A stretch of 64,000 nucleotides of DNA from Staphylococcus phage vB_SauM-UFV_DC4, in sequence record MZ779063.1; one strand, given 5' to 3'. The position numbers and the translations under genes are program-made. Numbering within the stretch: position 1 is the first letter of the stretch; each line of letters begins with the position of its first letter. Of the stretch, positions 55,015 through 64,000 are shown one piece after another. The notes beneath the pieces were generated by a model. The model ran no database searches. It had not been told where the DNA came from and was given only the letters and a program-made list of their open reading frames with translations.

Positions 55015-55791
55015 ATGACAGAAAAAATTCTAAATTTAAAAATAGTAGTGAGCAATGATTTAAAAGATGTATATGGTACAAAATTATCTGGAGGAGGTTA
55101 TAAAGATAATGAAATAATGGTATCAGAAAATGATATTTTAAAAATAAAATTAGACATTAAAGATGAACAAGGTAAAGAAATAAAATTAGAAGACATAAAT
55201 CACTTAATAAGAGTTGGATCTAATGTTAAAAATATTAAAAGACTTTTTGATAGAGTTTATAAAATAGATGAATTTTTTGAAAAAGATGAGAAATACTATT
55301 TATATAAAATAAAAGAAAATATGGACACTCAATGTTTAAAGTTTAGCGTATACAATTTGGATTCAGAAATTGATGAAGACGTTTTAATGGACATTTTTAT
55401 TTATAATGATAGTTTTCATAAGTCAGTATTAGGAGTAGTTGGTAGATATATCCAAAATAAAAAAGATGAAAAAATCGTTAAAAAATTTGTGTCTGATATT
55501 AGAAGTGATTTTGATGAAAAAGAAGTTGAATATACAATAGAAAATATTGACGATTTACTTTTTAGTAGTAATGTTTTTGATTTATTAAATTACGTACATG
55601 AAAATAGTCATACGGATGAGGTTATTGATTGTTTTTCAAGCGAAATTCAAAAATCTTTAAGTGAATCAGTAAATGCTGAAAGTCGTGATGAAGATTATAC
55701 TTTTGCTGAAGGCATAAATAATATTTTTGGAATTGCAGGATTTTCTCTAACAAATGGCAAAGTTTTTAAATTTAATTACTTAAGTGTATAA
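55015..55791 (+). CDS. hypothetical protein (258 aa)
   Basis: Box ATG. Confidence 0.5.
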   Translation: MTEKILNLKIVVSNDLKDVYGTKLSGGGYKDNEIMVSENDILKIKLDIKDEQGKEIKLEDINHLIRVGSNVKNIKRLFDRVYKIDEFFEKDEKYYLYKIKENMDTQCLKFSVYNLDSEIDEDVLMDIFIYNDSFHKSVLGVVGRYIQNKKDEKIVKKFVSDIRSDFDEKEVEYTIENIDDLLFSSNVFDLLNYVHENSHTDEVIDCFSSEIQKSLSESVNAESRDEDYTFAEGINNIFGIAGFSLTNGKVFKFNYLSV

Positions 55792-55817
55792 TATTAATAT
55801 TAGGAGATGAATTGGAT

Positions 55818-56912
55818 ATGGAAAATAATAAAAATGAATTAATTAGCAGAGAGAACATTTCACCAGAGGTTTTTAAAAAGGTTGATGACATTAATATACT
55901 TGATAAGAAAACTATTATTGAGTATGGCCATGAAGTACAAGATAAATTATCTAAAGAATCAGACAAAGTATTAAAGAATATTAAAGAAAATGATTCTAAT
56001 GAAAAGATTAATAAAGTACTAGATGATATGTTAGAAGTGTTTAATTCATATGATCCACAAAAGATTGATGAGAATATGAAACAAGAAGAAAAAGGTTTCA
56101 TGGATAAAATTAAATCTATGTTTAATAAAGGTAAAGAAAACTTAATCGGTAAAGAATTATCTAAAGTTGATTCAGCTTCAAATAATATGACTTTCATTGA
56201 AAGACAATTAAAAGAAAGTAGTTCTTCAGTTGATAATGCAAATAAAAATTTAGATAATTTAATTCAATCTAATAAAGATTATTATGAGAACTTAAGTGAA
56301 TATATTGAAGCGGCTAAATATAAGAAATTAGAGTTAACAGATGAAATTCAAAAAGATACTGATGAAGTTAGAAATATTGAAGATACTGGTGAAAAACAAA
56401 ATCAAATTCAATTAGTATCTGATAAAGAACAAGGTTTAGATAATCTTGATAAACGTATTTATGACTTAAGTACATCATTAGCTCTAGCTGAACAAAATGT
56501 ATTTGAATTAGAAATGATTAAGAATATCAATTACAGTCTTAAAGAAAATATTAATAACTCTTTAGTAAATAGTATTCCTATCTGGAAATCTCAATTAACT
56601 AAAGCAGTAGTATTAATTCAACAACAACAATCAATTAAAACTAACAAAGCTATTAGAGAAGCAACTTCTGATATTTTATTAAGTAACTCTAATATCCTTA
56701 AAGATAATGCAGTTCAGATGTATAATGAATCTAATAAATCATTTATTGATATTGATGTTCTTAAACAAACTCAAAGTAATATGATTGAAATGACAGAAGA
56801 TTTAAAACGTATGTCTGAAGAAGCTTATAATGAAAGATTACGTGGATATGAAGAACTTAAAGAAATTAAGGAAGATAAAAAAGAATTAGAAAATAAGAAA
56901 ATAGAAATGTAA
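55818..56912 (+). CDS. TelA-like (toxic-anion-resistance family) protein
   Basis: Length (~365 aa) and N-terminal pattern ..D..ILD...I.EYG.E.Q..LS..SD.VL..IK..D..E...L..M....N resemble TelA/KlaA-family proteins (recalled, not aligned). Confidence 0.45.
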   Translation: MENNKNELISRENISPEVFKKVDDINILDKKTIIEYGHEVQDKLSKESDKVLKNIKENDSNEKINKVLDDMLEVFNSYDPQKIDENMKQEEKGFMDKIKSMFNKGKENLIGKELSKVDSASNNMTFIERQLKESSSSVDNANKNLDNLIQSNKDYYENLSEYIEAAKYKKLELTDEIQKDTDEVRNIEDTGEKQNQIQLVSDKEQGLDNLDKRIYDLSTSLALAEQNVFELEMIKNINYSLKENINNSLVNSIPIWKSQLTKAVVLIQQQQSIKTNKAIREATSDILLSNSNILKDNAVQMYNESNKSFIDIDVLKQTQSNMIEMTEDLKRMSEEAYNERLRGYEELKEIKEDKKELENKKIEM

Positions 56913-56928
56913 GAAGGTGCATTATTAC

Positions 56929-58092
56929 ATGTTAGATATTTTACTTTATTCATTTTCTGGTGTCGCCATTGTAGGAGGTTCTGCAATGGCGATTTATAAT
57001 GGAAATAAGTTAATTACAAAGAAAAAAAGAGTTTCACAAAATGAATTAAAACTTAAAGATACAGAAGAATTAATTGATCTCAATGAAACTAAAATAATGG
57101 AAAAATTAAATGATTCCTATAAATTAGAAAATACTTTTGACGGTAAAGAGAGATACTATGCTTTACATTATTTATTAAGTCATCCAGAAATGGAATTCTA
57201 TAAAGAAATTGCTACACATATTTATTCAGCTGTTTTAAATGGAAAAAATAATGTTGGAGCTGAATATACTAAAGATTTATTTATTGAAGGGAAGTCTTAT
57301 AATAAAAGATTAGATCTATTGACATTCTCTTTATTGTACAAAAAAGATGATAAATTTAAAATTAACAAAGAAAATGGAATTATGGAAGAGTTTAAAGATT
57401 TACTTGATACTAATATAGAAGATTTAGAAAGGTTAGAAAGAAAAGGTTTTATGTATACAAAAGATGATTCAAGTGTATTTTATAAGTATTCATTCTTAGG
57501 GACTAAAATATTAATCGGATTAATTGATTTACATGGTGATTATTATATAACTATTATAGACGAAAAAGAAAATGTTTACATTAAAGATATGAAAATTGGA
57601 GATGAGATTGATGCTTTACAATATTTTGATGGAGCAAGATTTTTATATCATCCATTAGATTTCTATATATTAGATGATGGAGAATTACAAATATTAGATC
57701 CAAATTCTTATAATTTAAATACTAGTGAAAATAAAAAAATAATATTTGACTTTAAATCTTATAATTCAGAACCTATAGGAGATAAACGTGTAAACTTATA
57801 TTTTGAAGATATAGAAGTCGAAAAAGTTCCTTTTAATACTGAAGGACTATTAAATTATTTAAATAATGATGTTAAAAGAGAAAATGATGATTTTATTTAT
57901 CTTAAAGGAAATAAAGAAGAAAGAAATATAGATAAAAATCATTGGTCGAATTTAATAGAAACTAATTATATGATGAATTATAGAGATAAAAAGAAATTCA
58001 TGAAAAATATTCATAATAAATTAGTAGAAGAAAAAAGAATGAAGGATATTGAAGAATATAAAAATTACTCTGAAATAGGGAGAAAGGAGTGA
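56929..58092 (+). CDS. membrane-anchored hypothetical protein (387 aa), paralogue of 62920..63462
   Basis: Start corrected to the ATG 9 nt after GAAGGTG. Shares ..RYYALHYLLSHP.. and ..NHWSNLIETN.. with ..RLYAGHYLLKNM.. and ..DHWSNLIQTN.. in the later gene. Confidence 0.5.
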   Translation: MLDILLYSFSGVAIVGGSAMAIYNGNKLITKKKRVSQNELKLKDTEELIDLNETKIMEKLNDSYKLENTFDGKERYYALHYLLSHPEMEFYKEIATHIYSAVLNGKNNVGAEYTKDLFIEGKSYNKRLDLLTFSLLYKKDDKFKINKENGIMEEFKDLLDTNIEDLERLERKGFMYTKDDSSVFYKYSFLGTKILIGLIDLHGDYYITIIDEKENVYIKDMKIGDEIDALQYFDGARFLYHPLDFYILDDGELQILDPNSYNLNTSENKKIIFDFKSYNSEPIGDKRVNLYFEDIEVEKVPFNTEGLLNYLNNDVKRENDDFIYLKGNKEERNIDKNHWSNLIETNYMMNYRDKKKFMKNIHNKLVEEKRMKDIEEYKNYSEIGRKE

Positions 58093-58099
58093 AGGTTCT

Positions 58100-58936
58100 T
58101 TGAGTAAAGATTTTTTCTCTCATAATAATGTAAATTATAAAAAAGATTTAGATAAACAACTTGATGAAGATTTAGATAAACTTTATGGACAACAGTCTAT
58201 GGATATTAATCCATATGGCCATACAAGCTTTGTTAACAAAGATGTTAGAGAAGCTAAAGAAAAACTTGATAAACTTAATGATGATTTGATGCGTAAAGGA
58301 CACAGTGCAATGATTGATACTGATTTAATTCTAAAGGAAATTGATAAACGCAAAACTTTAGAAAGGGAAAAATTGAATGGCGTTTATGACAGTATATATA
58401 ATTTTGGTTCTATAAATCCTGTAAGTCATAGTCACTATAGACAGCTGGATGAGATTAATAAACGTAATACTAATATAAAAAATAACTCTCGTAATTATAT
58501 TAAAAAAGATTTAGATGAAGAAGCATTGAATAGAAGACAATATAGAAATATGTGGAATAAACCTGTAATGACTTATGAACAAAAATTAATGAATAGATTA
58601 GATGAAATAAGAAGTAAGAAAATAACTAATAAAAATAAAGAAAGATATACTGTTGAAGTTTCAGCAATAATGTATATAACAAGTTGTAAATTTATTCCTG
58701 AATTTACTAAAGATGATATAATTAATACTTATTTTGATGTAAAAGAAATGATGAACAAAAAAGATAAAATCTTAGGAAATGGTGAAAGTGTAAAAAATTT
58801 CACTTTAATATTTGCTAAAGCTATATGGTTTTTAAGAGGAAATATTAAAGAAAAGAGTATAATAACAAATCATTCAGCACATGCAATTAATAATAATTTT
58901 TTAATAAAAGATTTATATGATCTTAGAGTATTTTAA
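58100..58936 (+). CDS. hypothetical protein (278 aa), TTG start
   Basis: SD GAAAGGAGTGAAGG. Confidence 0.5.
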   Translation: MSKDFFSHNNVNYKKDLDKQLDEDLDKLYGQQSMDINPYGHTSFVNKDVREAKEKLDKLNDDLMRKGHSAMIDTDLILKEIDKRKTLEREKLNGVYDSIYNFGSINPVSHSHYRQLDEINKRNTNIKNNSRNYIKKDLDEEALNRRQYRNMWNKPVMTYEQKLMNRLDEIRSKKITNKNKERYTVEVSAIMYITSCKFIPEFTKDDIINTYFDVKEMMNKKDKILGNGESVKNFTLIFAKAIWFLRGNIKEKSIITNHSAHAINNNFLIKDLYDLRVF

Positions 58937-58955
58937 TTAGGAGAGTGAAGAGGAT

Positions 58956-59345
58956 ATGGGAAGTTTAATAGGTTTAATTATACTAATAGTAAATTCACTA
59001 TTAGCATCAATTTTTATTTTTAGTAACTTAGGGAAAATGGGTAAATTTAAAAACAGTTTATGGGTTCCAATTGAAAGAGAAATAAAAAATAGAATGAAAT
59101 TCTTAATGACTATTAATTTTATTCTATTTCTATCATCATTAATATTATTATTTAAAAATATTATATCAGCTCAAGTATCATTATTATCAATAATTATATT
59201 TGGGGGAGTATTTATATTCTTTTTATTTAAGTTAATGAGAGACAATCAGCATTTTAGTAAGAGTAACAAATTTTACAATGTAATATACATGTCAAGTTTA
59301 TTTTTAGTAACGGTAGATGTTTTACTATCATTCTATAACCTATAA
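58956..59345 (+). CDS. polytopic small membrane protein (129 aa, ~4 TM)
   Basis: Box ATG; hydrophobic. Confidence 0.55.
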   Translation: MGSLIGLIILIVNSLLASIFIFSNLGKMGKFKNSLWVPIEREIKNRMKFLMTINFILFLSSLILLFKNIISAQVSLLSIIIFGGVFIFFLFKLMRDNQHFSKSNKFYNVIYMSSLFLVTVDVLLSFYNL

Positions 59346-59378
59346 AAGATTAAAGAAATATATAAGTTAAATAAAGAT

Positions 59379-59415
59379 GAGGTAATGGCAAATTATATGT
59401 CATTACCTCCAATAT
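59379..59415 (+). terminator. hairpin GAGGTAATGGCA..TGTCATTACCTC plus CAATATAC
   Basis: Family member. Confidence 0.5.
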
Positions 59416-59434
59416 ACTATAAGGAGAGTTTAAA

Positions 59435-60526
59435 ATGAAAAAATCATTAATAACAGCATCATTATTAAGTACGGTAATACTGTTGGGAGCATGTGGAAAC
59501 GAAGGATCATCATCAGAGAATAAAGGGTCAAACTTAAAACCAGAAAAGCAAGAAGAAATTTATTCTAAAGAAGCAAAATTATTAGGTAAAGCAATAAGTA
59601 ATGAAGATGCTATGGATGATTCTACAAATAAAGTTTCAGATGATTTTAAGAAATCTTTAGACAGATATGAAGATAAAACTAAAAATTTAGATAGCGTAGA
59701 TACTCAAGTTGGTGATTTAACTTTAAGAGTTGGAAAATCTATTGAAATCATGAGTGAACGCATGTATGAATTAGATAAGTTCAATAAAGATAATCCAGAT
59801 AAAGAAATGGAATACAATCTAGCTCTTGTTGATGTTGGAATTAATACTGCTCAATCTCTAGAAAGTATAAATGAAGATTATGAATCAATCGATGTATCAT
59901 ATAAAAATGAAACTATCGGTAAGAAAGCTAATGAAGAAGTAACTGATGTTTTATCAACTTTCCCAGCATATGAACTTGATGAATTGATAGATGATTATGG
60001 AACTGGCATTGTTGGAAATGATGAAACAGATCTAACACAAGAACAACAAAAAGTATTATCAGACACTAAATATCGAGATGAACTTAAAAAAGAAGTAATG
60101 ACTCAAGAAGAACCAGACACTTCTAAAAATGAATATAATGAATCTGTGAATATGTTTAATAAATTTGCACCAGAATTCCTTCATTATAAAGAAGTAGATG
60201 AAATGGTATCTTCAACAGAAAATAACAATATGATGGATATCAGAAATGCTGTTGTAAGTGCTAATACAGATGCTGGAGTAGATAGTTATGAAGATATGGA
60301 AGAAGATGCTGAATCATTAGAAGATGATACTGAGAGTATCGAAGATGAAGAAAGCTCAGATGACGAAGGATATGATATTGATGGCTGGTCTGCAGAATCT
60401 TATAATGAATTAGTAGATGAATATAACGCTCTTACCGATGGTGAAAAAATGGATCACGTAGATGAAGATGTATCTAATATTGAATATGAACAATTAGAAG
60501 AAAGAGTCGCAAAATTAGAAGAATAA
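59435..60526 (+). CDS. lipoprotein (363 aa; lipobox LGAC), strongly acidic C-terminal half
   Basis: MKKSLITASLLSTVILLGACGNEG; D/E-rich tail. Confidence 0.6.
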   Translation: MKKSLITASLLSTVILLGACGNEGSSSENKGSNLKPEKQEEIYSKEAKLLGKAISNEDAMDDSTNKVSDDFKKSLDRYEDKTKNLDSVDTQVGDLTLRVGKSIEIMSERMYELDKFNKDNPDKEMEYNLALVDVGINTAQSLESINEDYESIDVSYKNETIGKKANEEVTDVLSTFPAYELDELIDDYGTGIVGNDETDLTQEQQKVLSDTKYRDELKKEVMTQEEPDTSKNEYNESVNMFNKFAPEFLHYKEVDEMVSSTENNNMMDIRNAVVSANTDAGVDSYEDMEEDAESLEDDTESIEDEESSDDEGYDIDGWSAESYNELVDEYNALTDGEKMDHVDEDVSNIEYEQLEERVAKLEE

Positions 60527-60539
60527 CGGAGGAAATTAA

Positions 60540-61946
60540 ATGAAGAGAATCTTTAAAAGTTTAACTCTTTATATCTTTTTATTTGTTTTAGCTTCTTTAA
60601 CCTTATTTTTAGGGTTTAAAGAAGCTATTAATTATATCATATTGGGATTATTAACTTTCTTATTAATCCTTTCTTTTTACTTCTTATTAAGTTATGCATA
60701 TAATTTAATTATATCATTATTTGGATATAAGAAATTAAAAAGAGATTATGATATTATAGCACCTAAAACTAGATTTTTAATAATGGTAGCTGCTCATAAT
60801 GAAGAGACCGTTATTAGAGAAACTATTAAAAATCTTAAAAAGATTAATTATGACAAAAGCATGTTTGATATCTGTATAGTTTCAGATAATTCTACAGATA
60901 ATACAACAAATATTGCTTTAGAAGAAAATGTTATTGTTGTAGATACGATTAAAGGAAGATTTGAAAGAGAAGGCGTTGGAAAACCAGCAGGATTACAATA
61001 TGCATTAAGAGAATTAGGATTTGAAAGTATAAAAAATAAATACGATTTAGTAATGGTATTGGATGCAGATAATTTTGTTAGTCCTAATATATTAAGAGAA
61101 GTAAATTCTCAATATATCGCTAAGAATAAACCTGAAGCAATTCAAGTCTATTTAGATAGTAAAAATTATGATAGTATGATGTCTTTAGCATATAGTGCAG
61201 TATTTTGGACTAATAATAAATTTATTCAAGCGGCTAAATATAGATTAGGTTTACCGAATTCAATCGGAGGAACAGGTTTCTCAGTTAGATCAGATTATCT
61301 TATTGATAGTGGAGGATTTAACTATGAATCATTAACAGAGGATTTAGAAATGGAAGTTGAAATAGTTAGCAATGGTGGAAGAGTTTTATGGAATGATTTT
61401 GCGTCTATTTATGATGAAAAACCAGAAGGATTGAAAGTTTCTATGGTCCAACGTTTGAGATGGGCTAAGGGTCATTTTTACGTAGGATATAAAAATTTCT
61501 TTCCATTATTAAAATTATTCGCAAAGACATTTAATATTAAATATATAGATAAAATAGTTTTCCTTATGACAATGGGAAGAAGTTTACATTTAGCATTAAT
61601 GTTATTAGTTATATCATTGCAAGGGTTATATTTATATTTAAATAATAAAACAGAAATTATCATAAATAATTTTCATTATCCAACTGTATTACAATTATTA
61701 AATGATAATTTCTTATTTTTAGGAATTTTTAATGCTATTCTATTAAGTTACAGTTTCTTATTTTTACCATTATATTCTATATATAATAAAATAAAGAGTA
61801 AAAATATAATTAAGAATGCAATATCATTTTTATATTACGTAGTAACTGATTTTATAGTTCAAACTCAAGCAATATTTGTTTGGAAAGAACAAAAGAACTG
61901 GGTAAGAACTCCTCATGATAAAAATAAAATAAAAACAGACAAATAA
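60540..61946 (+). CDS. processive family-2 glycosyltransferase (IcaA/PgaC/cellulose-synthase-like, membrane-embedded)
   Basis: Two N-terminal TMs, GT-A core with DxD (VLDADN), QRLRWAKGHF (Q-x-x-R-W signature), then 3-4 C-terminal TMs. Confidence 0.7.
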   Translation: MKRIFKSLTLYIFLFVLASLTLFLGFKEAINYIILGLLTFLLILSFYFLLSYAYNLIISLFGYKKLKRDYDIIAPKTRFLIMVAAHNEETVIRETIKNLKKINYDKSMFDICIVSDNSTDNTTNIALEENVIVVDTIKGRFEREGVGKPAGLQYALRELGFESIKNKYDLVMVLDADNFVSPNILREVNSQYIAKNKPEAIQVYLDSKNYDSMMSLAYSAVFWTNNKFIQAAKYRLGLPNSIGGTGFSVRSDYLIDSGGFNYESLTEDLEMEVEIVSNGGRVLWNDFASIYDEKPEGLKVSMVQRLRWAKGHFYVGYKNFFPLLKLFAKTFNIKYIDKIVFLMTMGRSLHLALMLLVISLQGLYLYLNNKTEIIINNFHYPTVLQLLNDNFLFLGIFNAILLSYSFLFLPLYSIYNKIKSKNIIKNAISFLYYVVTDFIVQTQAIFVWKEQKNWVRTPHDKNKIKTDK

Positions 61947-61975
61947 TATTTATAAATTAAAGGGGATATTTTGAT

Positions 61976-62584
61976 ATGCATATTAAAAAATTTAATGATT
62001 CACAATTACACTTTATATCTAAAATGATTGACATAGGTTATAATAATAAAATTATTCTCGTATTATTCAAAAAAGAGTTCAATGTAGAAACAATATCTAC
62101 TTATATAACACAAGTTCGTAGAGGACATCAAGGAAAGGATATTAGTCAAAATTATAAATTTGCTATTGACGGAAACTATCCAACTTACTATGAATGGGTA
62201 GAATATTTAATTGAGAATGATATCTATTATGGGACTAAATTTGAAGAATTTGGAAATTATATTAAAAATAAAATTGAAGAAGACAATTTATTTTTAATTA
62301 CTAAAAGTAATACATTTAAATTGATTGCATATTTACAAGAAACTGATAACGGATTTAAAATAGTAAAATCAATAGATGATAAAGTAATTGATGAAAAATT
62401 TACACATGATGTTGAAATTAAAGTTGATAATATGAATAAGGTAAATCTAGAAAATAAAAATTCTTATATACTTTTAAATATTGACATTTCAGATAAATAT
62501 ATGGTACTAATGTATATACTTTTATATTCAATTAAAGGCATTGATTCTATAATAAATTATCATTTATATAACGACAAAAATTAA
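61976..62584 (+). CDS. hypothetical protein (202 aa)
   Basis: Track ORF; SD AAAGGGGATA. Confidence 0.5.
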   Translation: MHIKKFNDSQLHFISKMIDIGYNNKIILVLFKKEFNVETISTYITQVRRGHQGKDISQNYKFAIDGNYPTYYEWVEYLIENDIYYGTKFEEFGNYIKNKIEEDNLFLITKSNTFKLIAYLQETDNGFKIVKSIDDKVIDEKFTHDVEIKVDNMNKVNLENKNSYILLNIDISDKYMVLMYILLYSIKGIDSIINYHLYNDKN

Positions 62585-62599
62585 TTAAGGAGAGATTGA

Positions 62600-62917
62600 A
62601 TGTTTTCAATAACTATAATATTAATGATAGCACTATTAGTAGTGCTATCATGTTATACTCATAAATTAAATAAAGAGAATAAAGATGTAGATTTAACCGA
62701 AAATATGCCTAGATATGCTATGGCAAACAGAAATGCTAAATTAATCTATATTAAAGCAGATTCTAAAAGTTATTTAAACTATCAGATTAACGAATTCAAA
62801 AATAATAAAAGATTCAAAGATTATGGTTACGAAATTGATAAAGTTGATTGGAATGGAAATATTGTTCATGAGAGTAGAGATAGTGACCTCAAATTAATTA
62901 AAGATCGGAGAAAATAA
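62600..62917 (+). CDS. membrane-anchored hypothetical protein (105 aa)
   Basis: N-terminal TM; SD AAGGAGAGA. Confidence 0.5.
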   Translation: MFSITIILMIALLVVLSCYTHKLNKENKDVDLTENMPRYAMANRNAKLIYIKADSKSYLNYQINEFKNNKRFKDYGYEIDKVDWNGNIVHESRDSDLKLIKDRRK

Positions 62918-62919
62918 TT

Positions 62920-63462
62920 ATGGGATTAATAGTAATTACATTATCCTTCACTACACTTATTCTTATTGTAATTATTCTCTTACAAGCAAATCAAATAAAA
63001 AATATTAATAAAAATAATAACAGATATTTTAAAGAAGACGAATTTCATAATAGCCAAGATATTTTTGGGTATAATGAAAAAGGAATTATGGGTTTTTTAA
63101 ATATGTCTTTTGCATTAGTTTCAGAATATGATAAAAAAGAAAGATTGTATGCAGGTCATTATTTATTAAAAAATATGGATGCGAAATTTTTGATATTTGA
63201 TCCTAACCATGAAACATATAAAGAAGTAACTTCAAAAGAACTACTGTTAGAAAAAGATAAAAGAGAATATCTTTTTTCAAAACAAATAGAAAGACCTAAA
63301 TTTTATGATCATTGGTCTAATTTAATTCAAACTAATAAAAAACTTAACGTTAAGAATTTGAAAAAATTAACGAATAAATACGACAATATTCTAAAACAAA
63401 AATTTGACTTAGAACAGATTAATGAATTTAAAGATTATATGGAAGGAAGAATTACTTTATGA
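62920..63462 (+). CDS. membrane-anchored hypothetical protein (180 aa), paralogue of 56929..58092
   Basis: See 56929..58092. Preceded by the repeated 23-mer AAAGATCGGAGAAAATAATTATG. Confidence 0.5.
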   Translation: MGLIVITLSFTTLILIVIILLQANQIKNINKNNNRYFKEDEFHNSQDIFGYNEKGIMGFLNMSFALVSEYDKKERLYAGHYLLKNMDAKFLIFDPNHETYKEVTSKELLLEKDKREYLFSKQIERPKFYDHWSNLIQTNKKLNVKNLKKLTNKYDNILKQKFDLEQINEFKDYMEGRITL

Positions 63463-63599
63463 CAGTATTAATAATATTATCCATAATGACTTTTTTAGTT
63501 GTAGCATTTGGCATTATTGAGAAAGATGTTGATATCCTTGCAACTGGAGCTTTAATTGCATGTTTGGCATTGTTTTACGTAGCTTTTGAGATAATCTAA
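63459..63599 (+). CDS. small membrane protein (46 aa)
   Basis: ATG overlaps the upstream TGA (ATGA). Hydrophobic. Not in the track. Confidence 0.4.
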   Translation: MTVLIILSIMTFLVVAFGIIEKDVDILATGALIACLALFYVAFEII

Positions 63600-63632
63600 A
63601 AAAAAAAAATAAAAAGATCGGAGAAAATAATT

Positions 63633-63806
63633 ATGATTATAGCACCTATTTTATTGATAATATCTGTTTTTCTAATAATAGCTTCATTGATATCTTTTGT
63701 TATAACAGTTATAACTTTTAATGAAGGGTTAGTCTCTTTAATAATTGCAGTTGCAGGAGGTATAGTTTTCTTATTATCTTGTGTATTTGGAATAATGGGT
63801 TTATAA
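63633..63806 (+). CDS. small membrane protein (57 aa)
   Basis: Preceded by the same 23-mer AAAGATCGGAGAAAATAATTATG. Not in the track. Confidence 0.45.
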   Translation: MIIAPILLIISVFLIIASLISFVITVITFNEGLVSLIIAVAGGIVFLLSCVFGIMGL

Positions 63807-63830
63807 AATTAAAGATCGGAGGAAATAATT

Positions 63831-64000
63831 ATGGGTACATTTTTGGCGATATCACTCTTAGTGTCTTTTGGATTAACTTTAATCTTCTTTTTATTAATAG
63901 CTGTATTTGATGATTCGGACATATTATTAGCGATAACTATTATTTTGGCTATAATAACTGTAGTATTATTTATAGCATTAGGTATATTTGCTATACTTGA
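63831..64000 (+). CDS. small membrane protein, 5' portion (runs off the window end)
   Basis: Preceded by AAAGATCGGAGGAAATAATTATG; hydrophobic. Confidence 0.4.
   Translation, partial: MGTFLAISLLVSFGLTLIFFLLIAVFDDSDILLAITIILAIITVVLFIALGIFAIL

Overview
This very AT-rich window (roughly 25-30% G+C by eye) reads as a segment of a large tailed-phage genome from a low-GC Gram-positive (Firmicutes-type) host. The evidence is strong AGGAGG-type Shine-Dalgarno sites, lipoproteins with L-x-x-C lipoboxes, dense co-oriented genes separated by hairpins, and no tRNA, CRISPR or integrase. Gene layout: three leftward genes (1-2184); a short rightward block (2328-7326) whose last gene is strongly codon-biased and probably encodes an abundant virion protein; a leftward replication block (7382-11149) with a DnaB-family helicase and an Mre11/SbcD-type phosphoesterase; an almost G/C-free divergent control region (11162-11492) containing (TTAGGGG)x3; then a long rightward run to the window end. 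That run contains two giant virion proteins (1999 aa and 1747 aa; the first has four C-terminal 'LEKG..T.Y/W' modules typical of Gram-positive phage receptor-binding proteins), an Amidase_2 lysin with two peptidoglycan-binding repeats, type IIA topoisomerase B and A subunits, a freestanding HNH endonuclease, a staphylococcal-nuclease homologue, a metallo-beta-lactamase-fold hydrolase, a TelA-like protein, a processive family-2 glycosyltransferase (IcaA/PgaC-like) next to a lipoprotein, and many small membrane, lipo- and secreted proteins, several of them tandem paralogues. The topoisomerase A subunit is interrupted exactly at its catalytic tyrosine by a 374-aa LAGLIDADG intein. The stand-out locus is 27978-33600. 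It is a terminator-bounded unit made of (i) a 1.1-kb non-coding array of five ~165-215 bp units, each with a conserved ~40-nt box (palindromic core ATACGTAT/TATACGTATA) followed by a unit-specific G/C-rich hairpin, (ii) a retron/Abi/DRT-like reverse transcriptase (YADD, NAxxH, I/VTG motifs) with an unassigned ~200-aa N-terminal extension, and (iii) three co-transcribed genes of unknown function. I propose it as a candidate undescribed RT-plus-structured-RNA system carried by a phage. Intergenic punctuation comes from two recurrent hairpin sequence families (GAGGTAATGRCA..TGYCATTACCTC and CCTAATAC..GTATTAGG). Many ORF-track starts (for example 'MKWIM') are artefacts of an in-frame ATG/GTG/TTG inside a conserved extended SD (TAGGAGAKTGAA..GATATG), and the corrected starts are used below.
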